A DNA stretch of 64,000 nucleotides from an uncultured bacterium (GTDB lineage: Bacteria > Hydrothermota > UBA3072). Below the pieces are notes generated by a model. It worked only from the letters and a program-made list of their open reading frames with translations, was not told where the DNA came from and did no database searches. The position numbers and the translations under genes are program-made. Within the stretch, counting starts at the first letter, position 1. Each line of letters begins with the position of its first letter. Shown here piece by piece: positions 49,784 through 58,166 of the stretch. The stretch is from the NCBI GenBank assembly GCA_964556365.1, contig CAZKVT010000001.1, positions 7,158 through 71,157 on the forward strand, given 5' to 3'.

Positions 49784-50653
49784 TTACCGTGGATTTTTAC
49801 CGGTTACCGTTGGGTTATCAGGATAAGAAGACCACTCAGTAAAAGAACCTTCATAAATCCTTACATTCTGATACCTAAGTAAAAATTTAAACATAATAAA
49901 TTCATTTGTTGCTTCTCTGCCCGTACCGCAGGAACAAATTACGGTTTTATCCGGGTTTATACCTTTTTCATCTAAAATACCCTTAATCTCATCTTCATCT
50001 TTTAAAAGAGTTGGATTATCTTCAGCCATTAAACTTTTCCATGGAAGATTTATCGCCCCGGGTATATGTCCGGGTTTGGGCCAGGGTCCCTGCCCCTCAT
50101 AAACATTTGCCGGTCTCGCGTCGAGTAAAATAACCCCTTCATCATCTTTAACCCTCTTAAAATCCTCATAATTAAGCAAATAATCTTTTCTTACATTAAC
50201 CTCAAAATCTGACTCCGTAACAACGGGAAATTCTTTAGTAAGCTTTCGCCCTTCCTTTTTCCAATTATTCAGACCGCCATCCAGAACATAAACCCTGTTA
50301 TGTCCAAATCTCACGAGAGAATAAGCCACCATCGTCTGCTCAAGACCATCACCCCAACCTCTAACTCCACCAACACCTGTATAAACCACAACCGGATAAT
50401 CGCCTATAAGCCCAACTCTCCCGAAAAGCAATTCCGCGACTTTCCCAGACACGTAAACACCGGGCATACCCTTATAAGATACCCTCAATAAATTCGGATT
50501 GAAATAAATAGCACCTGGAATATGCTCAAGTATATAATCATGTATATCAGGCTGAACATCAAGAATAGAAAATTTACCGCCTAAATTCTCCTCAAGCCAC
50601 GAAGCATGAGTCCATTTTAAACCCCCACCGCCTAAAGGATACTCTTTTTCCAT
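49784..50653 (-). CDS. tandem-rhodanese sulfurtransferase (thiosulfate/3-mercaptopyruvate sulfurtransferase-like)
   Basis: There are two rhodanese domains. The C-terminal one carries the active-site loop VICSCGTGREAT, and HIPGAINLPW is also present. The SD GGAGG lies upstream. Confidence 0.75.
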   Translation of the reverse strand: MEKEYPLGGGGLKWTHASWLEENLGGKFSILDVQPDIHDYILEHIPGAIYFNPNLLRVSYKGMPGVYVSGKVAELLFGRVGLIGDYPVVVYTGVGGVRGWGDGLEQTMVAYSLVRFGHNRVYVLDGGLNNWKKEGRKLTKEFPVVTESDFEVNVRKDYLLNYEDFKRVKDDEGVILLDARPANVYEGQGPWPKPGHIPGAINLPWKSLMAEDNPTLLKDEDEIKGILDEKGINPDKTVICSCGTGREATNEFIMFKFLLRYQNVRIYEGSFTEWSSYPDNPTVTGKNPR

Positions 50654-50707
50654 ATCACCTCCTCTACTGTACCCGTTCCAAAAATGTAACTATTACAAAC
50701 TAAACTT

Positions 50708-50735
50708 ATATTACAAACTTTTTCTTAAATGTCAA
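50708..50735 (-). promoter_or_regulatory. sigma70-type promoter (TTGACA-16-TAATAT on minus strand) for the rhodanese operon
   Basis: The minus-strand sequence is cccTTGACAtttaagaaaaagtttgTAATAT. The -35 is at 50730-50735 and the -10 at 50708-50713. Confidence 0.5.
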
Positions 50736-50768
50736 GGGCAAGAAACCCATCCCTACCCAAAAAAATAA

Positions 50769-50874
50769 TCTCACACGGAGCACACAAAGACCACAAAGAG
50801 AAATATTGTTGTTCAAAACCCACCCCTATCCCCAAATTATTCTCACACAGAGGCACGGAGCACACAAAGATTTT
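50769..50874 (+). repeat. two copies of a dispersed intergenic repeat (TCTCACAC..GGAGCACACAAAGA)
   Basis: Copy one is 50769-50790, tctcacacggagcacacaaaga. Copy two is 50841-50874, tctcacacagaggcacggagcacacaaagatttt. Reverse-orientation relatives lie at 62210-62223 and 63929-63961. Confidence 0.6.
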
Positions 50875-50979
50875 CTTGTTATTTTTAATTGCCATCGGCG
50901 GTCAGCCGTCAGCTCTTCTCTCACATGTAGAACATTTAGAAAATGAAATTCGCAATTCGCAAAAAATTTCTGGCTGCCC

Positions 50980-51008
50980 TTGACACTTAGCCATAATTAT
51001 GATAGGTT
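50980..51008 (+). promoter_or_regulatory. possible promoter (TTGACA-17-TAGGTT) for xseB-ispA-dxs
   Basis: cccTTGACA is at 50980-50985, followed by a 17-nt spacer and a weak -10, TAGGTT, at 51003-51008. The predicted TSS coincides with the xseB ATG at 51015. Confidence 0.35.
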
Positions 51009-51014
51009 GTATTT

Positions 51015-51254
51015 ATGAATTTTGAAGAATCTCTTAATAAGCTTGAAGATATTGTCAAAAAATTGGAAAAAGGAGAGATTTCTCTTGAAGAATCTCTTCC
51101 TCTATTCGAAAAAGGCATGGAAATCCTAAGTAATCTTAAAGACTATCTCGCTGATGCTGAAATCAAAATAGAGAAATTAATAAAAGATAGTGAAGGTAAA
51201 TTTAAAACCGATGAATATAGAGAATTACCTGAAAAATTGGAAGAAGAGAGTTGA
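51015..51254 (+). CDS. xseB: exodeoxyribonuclease VII small subunit
   Basis: MNFEESLNKLEDIVKKLEKGEISLEESLPLFEKGMEILSNLKDYL is a typical XseB sequence. The gene is followed by ispA and dxs, as in the E. coli xseB-ispA-dxs operon. Confidence 0.85.
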   Translation: MNFEESLNKLEDIVKKLEKGEISLEESLPLFEKGMEILSNLKDYLADAEIKIEKLIKDSEGKFKTDEYRELPEKLEEES

Positions 51255-52086
51255 CGAAAAATTAAACGAACACCTTCCCTCGGAAGAGGAATATCCTCCA
51301 TTATTACACAAAGCAATGCGGTACACAGTACTCGCCGGAGGGAAAAGAATTCGACCTATTCTAATGCTTACAGCCTATTCTCTCTCCGGAGGGCATAATT
51401 TTGATGAAATTATGCCTGTTTCATCGGCCATTGAACTAATTCACGCTTATTCTCTGATACACGACGACCTCCCCGCGATGGATAATGATGATTACAGGAG
51501 GGGGCTCCCCAGCTCGCATAAAAAATTCGGGGAAGATATTGCCATCCTGGCAGGTGACGCTCTTTTTTCTCATGCTTTTTACATTATAGCGCATAGTCAT
51601 CTTAAGCCTATTTTAAAAGAAAAGGTTTTAAAGACTCTAACTACAACCATTGGGAATAAAGGAATCATCGGCGGACAAACAGAAGATGTGCTATTCGATT
51701 CATCCAACAAGTCTCCCAAACTGTTAAGATACATACATTCTCATAAAACGGCTTCCTTTTTTTCCGCGTCATGTGAAATAGGAACAATACTCGCGGAAGC
51801 AAAAGAAGATCAAATTTTAGCTGCCAGAAAAGGCGGGCTTCTAATGGGTATGGCTTTTCAGATACAGGATGACATTCTAGACGTAGAAGGGAAAAAAGAA
51901 GAAATGGGAAAAGAAGTAAGAAAAGACAACAATAAACTTACTTATCCCTCAATTTACGGAACCGATTTTTCGAAAATCATAGCAAAGAAATATAGCTCTC
52001 TCGCTTTAAAACAACTAAAAATACTGGAACCTAAAGATGAAACATTTGGAAATATATTAAACTTTTTAATCGCAAGGAAGAACTAA
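51211..52086 (+). CDS. ispA: (2E,6E)-farnesyl/geranylgeranyl diphosphate synthase (short-chain trans-prenyl diphosphate synthase)
   Basis: The FARM motif is LIHDDLPAMDNDDYRRG and the SARM motif is FQIQDDILD, with GKRIRP also present. I prefer the ATG at 51211 to the tracked GTG at 51190. Either start overlaps the end of xseB. Confidence 0.85.
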   Translation: MNIENYLKNWKKRVDEKLNEHLPSEEEYPPLLHKAMRYTVLAGGKRIRPILMLTAYSLSGGHNFDEIMPVSSAIELIHAYSLIHDDLPAMDNDDYRRGLPSSHKKFGEDIAILAGDALFSHAFYIIAHSHLKPILKEKVLKTLTTTIGNKGIIGGQTEDVLFDSSNKSPKLLRYIHSHKTASFFSASCEIGTILAEAKEDQILAARKGGLLMGMAFQIQDDILDVEGKKEEMGKEVRKDNNKLTYPSIYGTDFSKIIAKKYSSLALKQLKILEPKDETFGNILNFLIARKN

Positions 52087-52087
52087 A

Positions 52088-52525
52088 ATGAATTCAAATT
52101 TGTTGCGCCTTTTTTTACTTCCTTATCTAAGCGGATTGTCATGTCAATTAATAAAAATATTTAATCACTGGATAATAGGAAAGAAACTCGAATTCACTCC
52201 AAACCTTTTAAACTTAGGCGGTTTGCCAAGCGCGCACTCGGCAGCAACTATCACCTTAACCACTTTAATAGCGATATATTATGGATTCACCTCGCCGCTC
52301 TTTATAATCGCTTTATTTCTTTCTATATTTATTATGGGAGAGGCATACGTTGTCCGAGGAGTCATTAGCCGACACTCGGAACTAATAAAAATAATTGCGA
52401 AGGCAGTACCGGAAAAAGAATTAGCTAATACTTATATGCCCGGGAGAATCGGCCATACACCGGTAGAAGTAATAATAGGATTAATCTTTGGAATTCTTTT
52501 CGCCCTGGCTTTTGTAGGTATCTAA
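52088..52525 (+). CDS. divergent PAP2 family membrane protein (DUF212)
   Basis: The protein is 145 aa with about 4 TM helices. GGLPSAHSAATITL matches the G(M/L)PSSHSA signature of DUF212 / acid-phosphatase-related proteins. Confidence 0.65.
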   Translation: MNSNLLRLFLLPYLSGLSCQLIKIFNHWIIGKKLEFTPNLLNLGGLPSAHSAATITLTTLIAIYYGFTSPLFIIALFLSIFIMGEAYVVRGVISRHSELIKIIAKAVPEKELANTYMPGRIGHTPVEVIIGLIFGILFALAFVGI

Positions 52526-54388
52526 ATGTTGCTCGACAAAATAAACTCTCCTTCCGATTTAAAAGATTTATCAATAAAAGAACTTGAACTTCTCGCTTCT
52601 GAGATGCGAGAAAAAATCATTACTACTATTGCAAAAAATGGGGGGCACCTTGCCCCGAACCTAGGAGTCGTCGAATTAACCATAGCCATTCTAAAAACGT
52701 TCTCCCCTCCCAAAGACAAAATAATCTGGGATGTCTCCCACCAGGGCTACGGATATAAATTATTAACCGGCAGAAGAGAAGGTTTTGAAACAATACGTAA
52801 ATTTGGTGGTTTAAGCGGGTTTTTAAAAAGAGACGAATCTATCTACGACGCGTTCGGAACAGGACACGCGAGCACTTCTCTATCCGCCGCTCTCGGCTTC
52901 GCGATTGCAAGAGATAAAAAATCCCTCGACAACCAGGTAGTAGCAATCATAGGTGACGGAGCCCTAACCGGAGGAGAAGCCTTAGAAGGTTTAAACCAGA
53001 TAGGATATTTAAAAAAGGATATGTTGGTTATTCTAAACGATAATAAAATGTCTATAGCAAAAAATGTAGGGGGATTCAGAGAATATTTAACAAGACTCCA
53101 ATCAGCCGAAATTTACAATCTTATAATGGAAGACACCTGGAATCTCCTCGAAAAATTACCCGAAGGTCTTAGCAAAAAAGCGTCGCACGCAGCAGAGAAA
53201 TTACATATTGGATTAAAGAATCTTATTGTCCCTAATATCCTTTTCGAAGAATTGGGTATCTCATACTATGGACCCATCGACGGACATAATATAAAAGAAC
53301 TAACGATGATACTCTCCAAGGTCAAAAAGATAAAAAAAGCTAAACTACTTCATATAATAACCGAAAAAGGTAAAGGCTATGAACCAGCCTGCGAGAATCC
53401 TTCTCTTTTTCACGGAATAGGACCTTTTGAATACGAAACAGGAAAAGTAACAAAAAAGAAAGGCCCTCCCTCATACTCGAAAGTATTCGGAGAAACAATC
53501 GTAGAAGAAGCCGGGAACAATAAAGATATAATCGCGATAACAGCAGCTATGACAAAGGGTACAGGGCTTACAACTTTCAAAGAAAAATTCCCGGATAGAT
53601 TTTTCGACGTCGGCATAGCGGAACAACACGCCGTAACCTTCGCCGGCGGACTTGCCTGTGAGGGTTTACGTCCGGTATGCGCTATATACTCCACTTTTCT
53701 TCAAAGGTCCTTAGATCAGATAATACACGATATTGCTCTTCAGAGATTACCGGTAATTTTTTGTCTGGACAGAGCAGGTTTCGCTCCGGGGGACGGACCT
53801 ACACATCATGGGGTTTTTGACCTTTCTTACCTGAGGATGATTCCAAATATTGTTGTAATGGCTCCCAGAAACGAAATAGAATTAAAGAGAATGTTTAAAA
53901 CCGCTCTTCTAAACACCGATAGCCCGTCGGCAATACGTTATCCGAGAGGTCAATCCGTCGGAGTCAAAAAACCTAAAGAAATTAAAGCTATCCCCATCGG
54001 AGAATCTGAAATTTTGAGAAAAGGAAAAGATATATTGATATTAACTGTAGGACCCATCGTATATTCAATTCTCAAAGTAGCAAAAGAGCTTAAGGATTTC
54101 AATCCAACAATCATCGACGCGAAGTTCGTAAAACCTCTGGATGAAAAAACGATCATTAAATTCGCGAAAAAGAGCAAGAAAATTATAACCGTGGAGACAA
54201 ACGTGATAGCAGGAGGCTTCGGAAGCGCGGTTCTGGAACTTCTTAACAGCAATTCTTTAAAAAAGGAAGTTTTAACGATAGGTGTCCCCGACCGCTTTAT
54301 CGAACACGGAAGGGAAGATAAACTGTTAGAATCGATTCACATGGATAAGAACGGCCTAAAAAACAGAATAGAACGATTTATAAAATGA
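52526..54388 (+). CDS. dxs: 1-deoxy-D-xylulose-5-phosphate synthase
   Basis: The N-terminus is INSPSDLKDLSIKELELLASEMREKIITTIAKNGGHLAPNLGVVELT. The ThDP motif IGDGALTGG...NDN is present, and the length is 620 aa. Confidence 0.95.
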   Translation: MLLDKINSPSDLKDLSIKELELLASEMREKIITTIAKNGGHLAPNLGVVELTIAILKTFSPPKDKIIWDVSHQGYGYKLLTGRREGFETIRKFGGLSGFLKRDESIYDAFGTGHASTSLSAALGFAIARDKKSLDNQVVAIIGDGALTGGEALEGLNQIGYLKKDMLVILNDNKMSIAKNVGGFREYLTRLQSAEIYNLIMEDTWNLLEKLPEGLSKKASHAAEKLHIGLKNLIVPNILFEELGISYYGPIDGHNIKELTMILSKVKKIKKAKLLHIITEKGKGYEPACENPSLFHGIGPFEYETGKVTKKKGPPSYSKVFGETIVEEAGNNKDIIAITAAMTKGTGLTTFKEKFPDRFFDVGIAEQHAVTFAGGLACEGLRPVCAIYSTFLQRSLDQIIHDIALQRLPVIFCLDRAGFAPGDGPTHHGVFDLSYLRMIPNIVVMAPRNEIELKRMFKTALLNTDSPSAIRYPRGQSVGVKKPKEIKAIPIGESEILRKGKDILILTVGPIVYSILKVAKELKDFNPTIIDAKFVKPLDEKTIIKFAKKSKKIITVETNVIAGGFGSAVLELLNSNSLKKEVLTIGVPDRFIEHGREDKLLESIHMDKNGLKNRIERFIK

Positions 54389-55188
54389 GGGCAAGAACAA
54401 TAAAAGCCGCTATCGAAATTTCAGGAACAGGAGTTCACAGCGGAAAAAAATCTAAAATAATTTTACAACCGGAAGAAAAAGGAGGAATAGTATTCATTAA
54501 GAACGGAGAGAAAATACCGGCAACACTGGATAAAGTAAAATACTGCGACCGGGCAATTACTCTTGTCGAAAACGGTCAGAGAATAAGGACCATAGAACAT
54601 CTTATGAGCGCTCTTTGCGCCTGCAGGATCGATTGCATCCGGATACATCTCGAAGGTGAAGAAATACCGGCTTTAGACGGCAGCGCCAATCCTTTTATAA
54701 CAGCAATAGAAAAAACAGGCATAAAAGAATTAAAACATGAAAAAAAAGAAAGATACCTTAAAAAAAATATCGTTGTCGAAGGAAAAGGCTGCTTTGCTTC
54801 GTGCGCGCCTTCAGATCACCTTGAAATTCGTTATATCATTTCTTATAATCATCCGTTGCTTTACTATCAGGAATATCTTCTTGACGGAAATTCCAACTTC
54901 CCGGATATAGCAAACTGCAGAACCTACGGAATGCTGTCGTGGAAAGAAGAATTAAATAAAAAAGGCTTTGCTCTGGGAGCCTCGGAAGAAAACACTCTGG
55001 TTTATACAGAAAAGGGAACCTTAAACAAAGCCCGGTTACCCGACGAAGCCGTAAGACACAAGGTGCTGGATTTACTCGGAGAACTTTATCTCATAAGGCC
55101 CATACCTATAGGAAGATACTTTGTTTTTAGAGGAGGTCATTTATTGCATTATCAATTGTTAAAAAAAATAAATAAGGAGCTAAAATGA
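54385..55188 (+). CDS. lpxC: UDP-3-O-acyl-N-acetylglucosamine deacetylase
   Basis: RTIKAAIEISGTGVHSGKKSKIILQP and TIEHLMSAL are present, with HKVLDLLGELYL at the C-terminus. It overlaps dxs via ATGA. Confidence 0.9.
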   Translation: MRARTIKAAIEISGTGVHSGKKSKIILQPEEKGGIVFIKNGEKIPATLDKVKYCDRAITLVENGQRIRTIEHLMSALCACRIDCIRIHLEGEEIPALDGSANPFITAIEKTGIKELKHEKKERYLKKNIVVEGKGCFASCAPSDHLEIRYIISYNHPLLYYQEYLLDGNSNFPDIANCRTYGMLSWKEELNKKGFALGASEENTLVYTEKGTLNKARLPDEAVRHKVLDLLGELYLIRPIPIGRYFVFRGGHLLHYQLLKKINKELK

Positions 55189-55625
55189 TATTCGATATTG
55201 AAAAAATACTTGAAATCATGCCTCACCGATATCCTTTTCTGTTAATCGATAAAGTCGAAATAATAAGTGAGAACGAAGTTATAGGGACAAAAAACGTGAC
55301 ATTCAACGAACCTTTTTTTCAGGGACATTTCCCCTCGGACCCAATAATGCCGGGAGTTTTAATACTTGAATCGATGGTTCAAGCCGGAGGATTTTTACTT
55401 TTAAACAAGTTCAAAAACCCTAAAGATTCAAATGTTTATTTTACTACTATTAATAAAGCGAAATTTAGAAATCCCGTCCGACCGGGCGATGTTCTAAAGC
55501 ACAAAGTCAAGCTTACCGCGTTTAGAAGTAATTTCTGTAAATTAGAAGGAAAATCGTATGTAGAAGAACAAATGGTGGCTGAAGGTTCCTTTGCGGCAGC
55601 AATAGTAGAAAGAAAAAAGGATTAA
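55185..55625 (+). CDS. fabZ: 3-hydroxyacyl-ACP dehydratase
   Basis: LPHRYPFLLIDKV and FFQGHFPSDPIMPGVLILESMVQ are present, and the length is 146 aa. Confidence 0.95.
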   Translation: MIFDIEKILEIMPHRYPFLLIDKVEIISENEVIGTKNVTFNEPFFQGHFPSDPIMPGVLILESMVQAGGFLLLNKFKNPKDSNVYFTTINKAKFRNPVRPGDVLKHKVKLTAFRSNFCKLEGKSYVEEQMVAEGSFAAAIVERKKD

Positions 55626-56383
55626 TGCAAAAAGAGATTCATCCGGAAGCCAAAATCCAGGCAGGCGTCCAAATCGCTCCAGGCTGCCTTATAGAAAAAG
55701 CTGTTGTAATAGGAAGCGGTACAACAATAGCGAAGGGATCTATTATCAAAAATGGCGTTGAAATCGGAAAAAACAATAAAATACATTCCTACGCTGTAAT
55801 AGGAGATATTCCGCAGGATAAAAACCATAATAACAATCTGGGAAAAATTATCATAGGAAATTCGAACGTAATAAGAGAATTCACGACAATCCATCTTCCT
55901 GTGGGAGAAAAAGCAGAAACAAAAATTGGTAACAATAATTATTTGATGGCTTATTCACACGTAGCTCATAACTGCAGGGTAGGAAACAATGTCCTTCTCG
56001 TAAACGGAGCGACTCTCGGAGGTTTTGTGGAAGTCGAGGATTTTGCTTACATTTCCGCTTTCGTTCCGGTTCATCAGTGGGTTAAAATCGGAGCTTATTC
56101 AATAATAGGAGGAGGTTTGCGCATAATAAAAGATTTAGTTCCATTTGCCATGGCTGCCGGCTCACCTCTTAAAGTAGTTTCATATAATTCCCGTGGATTA
56201 AAAAGAAATGGATTCTCAGGGGAACGAATCGGAGAAATAAAAAAAGCTTTCAGAATACTATTCCGCTCAAAACTAAACACAAAACAGGCTGTAAAAAAAC
56301 TTAAAAGTGAATTCCAGGGTAATGAAGACGTAGACCATATTATAAAATTTATTTCTGAATCGAAGAGGGGAATACTTAAATAG
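55625..56383 (+). CDS. lpxA: acyl-ACP--UDP-N-acetylglucosamine O-acyltransferase
   Basis: The protein has left-handed beta-helix hexapeptide repeats and is 252 aa long. It sits after lpxC-fabZ, and its C-terminal helical domain includes GLKRNGFSGERIGEIKKAFRILF. Confidence 0.9.
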   Translation: MQKEIHPEAKIQAGVQIAPGCLIEKAVVIGSGTTIAKGSIIKNGVEIGKNNKIHSYAVIGDIPQDKNHNNNLGKIIIGNSNVIREFTTIHLPVGEKAETKIGNNNYLMAYSHVAHNCRVGNNVLLVNGATLGGFVEVEDFAYISAFVPVHQWVKIGAYSIIGGGLRIIKDLVPFAMAAGSPLKVVSYNSRGLKRNGFSGERIGEIKKAFRILFRSKLNTKQAVKKLKSEFQGNEDVDHIIKFISESKRGILK

Positions 56384-56485
56384 CTCCCTGTGGTCTCTTA
56401 AATTCAAAAATCAAATGTCAAAATGGAAAAATTTAGTGGAGAATACAGAACCCCCTCCCCTTGAGAACAAAACTATAAGTTACTA

Positions 56486-57133
56486 ATGTATCACCTCAAT
56501 TCTTTAATAGATCATACCAATTTAAAAATCAGCACTTCTGAAGAAGATATTAAAAATTTATGCAGGGAGGCTCTTAAATATAACTTTAGAGGAGTTTGTG
56601 TCGATTCCTTATGGATACCACTTGTAAACGAACTCCTGAAAAACAAAGGGGTTAAAATAATTTCTGTTTGTGACTTTCCTCTCGGGGCTTCATCGACTGA
56701 AATCAGGAAAAAAGAGACAGAACTTATCATCAAAGAAGGCGCCGAAGAGATTGACCTTGTAATGCAAATACCCCTTTTAAAAAGTAAAAAATACAAAAAA
56801 ATCGAAAATGATATAAAAGAAATCGTGAATATCATACATCCGAACGTAATACTCAAAGTGATTATAGAAGCTCCCGTACTATCTGAATATGAAATAATAA
56901 CCGCGACAAAAATTGCGGAAAGCGCGGGAGCCAACTATATTAAATCCGGCACGGGCACGAATGGAGCAGTTACTACAAATCAGATAAAAACTATTAAAAA
57001 AACGACAAAACTCCCCATAAAAGCCGCGGGCGGGATAAAAAACATGGATATGGCTATAAAGCTTTTAAATACAGGAGCTTCGGTTCTCGGAAGTTCAAAT
57101 TCGATTGAAATAATTAAAGGGGAAAATAGATGA
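56486..57133 (+). CDS. deoC: deoxyribose-phosphate aldolase
   Basis: LIDHTNLK, GVCV, EIDLVM, LKVIIE and YIKSGTG (Schiff-base Lys region) are present, and the length is 215 aa. Confidence 0.85.
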   Translation: MYHLNSLIDHTNLKISTSEEDIKNLCREALKYNFRGVCVDSLWIPLVNELLKNKGVKIISVCDFPLGASSTEIRKKETELIIKEGAEEIDLVMQIPLLKSKKYKKIENDIKEIVNIIHPNVILKVIIEAPVLSEYEIITATKIAESAGANYIKSGTGTNGAVTTNQIKTIKKTTKLPIKAAGGIKNMDMAIKLLNTGASVLGSSNSIEIIKGENR

Positions 57134-58140
57134 AGAAAAAACTGGGGCTAATCCTTAGTTTCTTTATATCGATGATTTTTTTGCTTCTGGCTTTAAAAAA
57201 AGTTAACGCGAAAGAAATAACAGAATCATTACTAAACGCGAATTTATTATATTTCTTTCTTGCCATTTTCATTACACTAATCGCTTTCCTTCTCCGCGCG
57301 ATTAGATGGAGAATTCTTTTAAATCCTTTGAAAAAACTTCCATTATCCATGGTTTTTAACGCGACAATGATTGGATTCATGTGCAATTACACGCTACCCG
57401 CCAGGGTCGGCGAAGTAATAAGAGCATATCTTATAGGCGCGAGAGGAAATATTAGTAAGAGCACGGCTTTTGCCACAATAATAGTAGAAAGAGTAATGGA
57501 TGTTTTTATTTTAACCCTTTTTACCGCTATCCTTTTAATCTTTTTTCCGGTACCGGGCTACTTCAAAAAAATAGGTGCCGTAATTGTTCTTTTAAATACT
57601 CTAATCTTTATTCTCCTTGTAGTAATGGATAAAAAAACCGCGGTTTTTATTAGAATAATCGAAAAACCATTATCAATATTCGGCGAAAAAATAAAAGAAA
57701 AGATTAAAACATTTCTTTTCGCTTTTATAAAAGGACTGAAGATTCTGGAAAACCGTTCAAATTTTCTTCTGGCGGCAGTTTTTTCTCTTGGTATATGGAG
57801 TATCACGGGTTTACTTTTTTACGTTTTATTCTTTTCATTCCCAATCCGCCTGCCCCTACACGCGGCTTTCCTGGATATGATAGTTCTCACCTTCGGCATT
57901 ATGATTCCCTCGACTTCCGGTTTTATAGGAACTTTTCAATTTTTCGCGAAAGAAGGGTTGATGATTTTCCATGTCGACCCGAATATAGCATTGAGTTATT
58001 CCATACTGCTTTACGCTTCTCAATTTTTACTTGTAGTAGTAGTGGGACTGGTTTCCCTATGGCTCTGGGGACTGGATTTCAAGGATTTAAAGACTAAAGC
58101 TTCTTCATATAATTCATTAGAGAATAAACAAAGAGACTAA
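57130..58140 (+). CDS. UPF0104 / lysylphosphatidylglycerol-synthase-TM-region-like (flippase-like) membrane protein
   Basis: There are about 8 TM helices. FLLRAIRWRILLNPL and ARVGEVIRAYL are typical of PF03706. It overlaps deoC via ATGA. Confidence 0.65.
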   Translation: MKKKLGLILSFFISMIFLLLALKKVNAKEITESLLNANLLYFFLAIFITLIAFLLRAIRWRILLNPLKKLPLSMVFNATMIGFMCNYTLPARVGEVIRAYLIGARGNISKSTAFATIIVERVMDVFILTLFTAILLIFFPVPGYFKKIGAVIVLLNTLIFILLVVMDKKTAVFIRIIEKPLSIFGEKIKEKIKTFLFAFIKGLKILENRSNFLLAAVFSLGIWSITGLLFYVLFFSFPIRLPLHAAFLDMIVLTFGIMIPSTSGFIGTFQFFAKEGLMIFHVDPNIALSYSILLYASQFLLVVVVGLVSLWLWGLDFKDLKTKASSYNSLENKQRD

Positions 58141-58166
58141 AAACTTAAACGGAAAGCAACTTTCCG
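58135..58166 (-). terminator. putative intrinsic terminator of the REC-GGDEF/Hpt/GspE operon
   Basis: The minus-strand hairpin is CGGAAAG-TTG-CTTTCCG (58150-58166), a 7-bp stem. It is followed by TTTAAGTTTTT, which overlaps the stop codon. Confidence 0.45.

Noticed and set aside
50729-50983. 84-aa plus-strand ORF in the 360-bp divergent intergenic region.
   Set aside because: It is composed largely of the dispersed TCTCACAC...CACAAAGA repeat copies (hence SHGAHKDHK / SHRGTEHTK). It overlaps both divergent promoters, has no SD, and shows no family resemblance.
56448-56491. TTGAGA-17-TAATGT promoter-like string in front of deoC.
   Set aside because: The putative -10 contains the deoC ATG itself (56486), so the transcript would start inside the gene. 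The deoC N-terminus (MYHLNSLIDHTNLK) looks complete. The gene is more likely read through from lpxA or from a promoter I cannot see.
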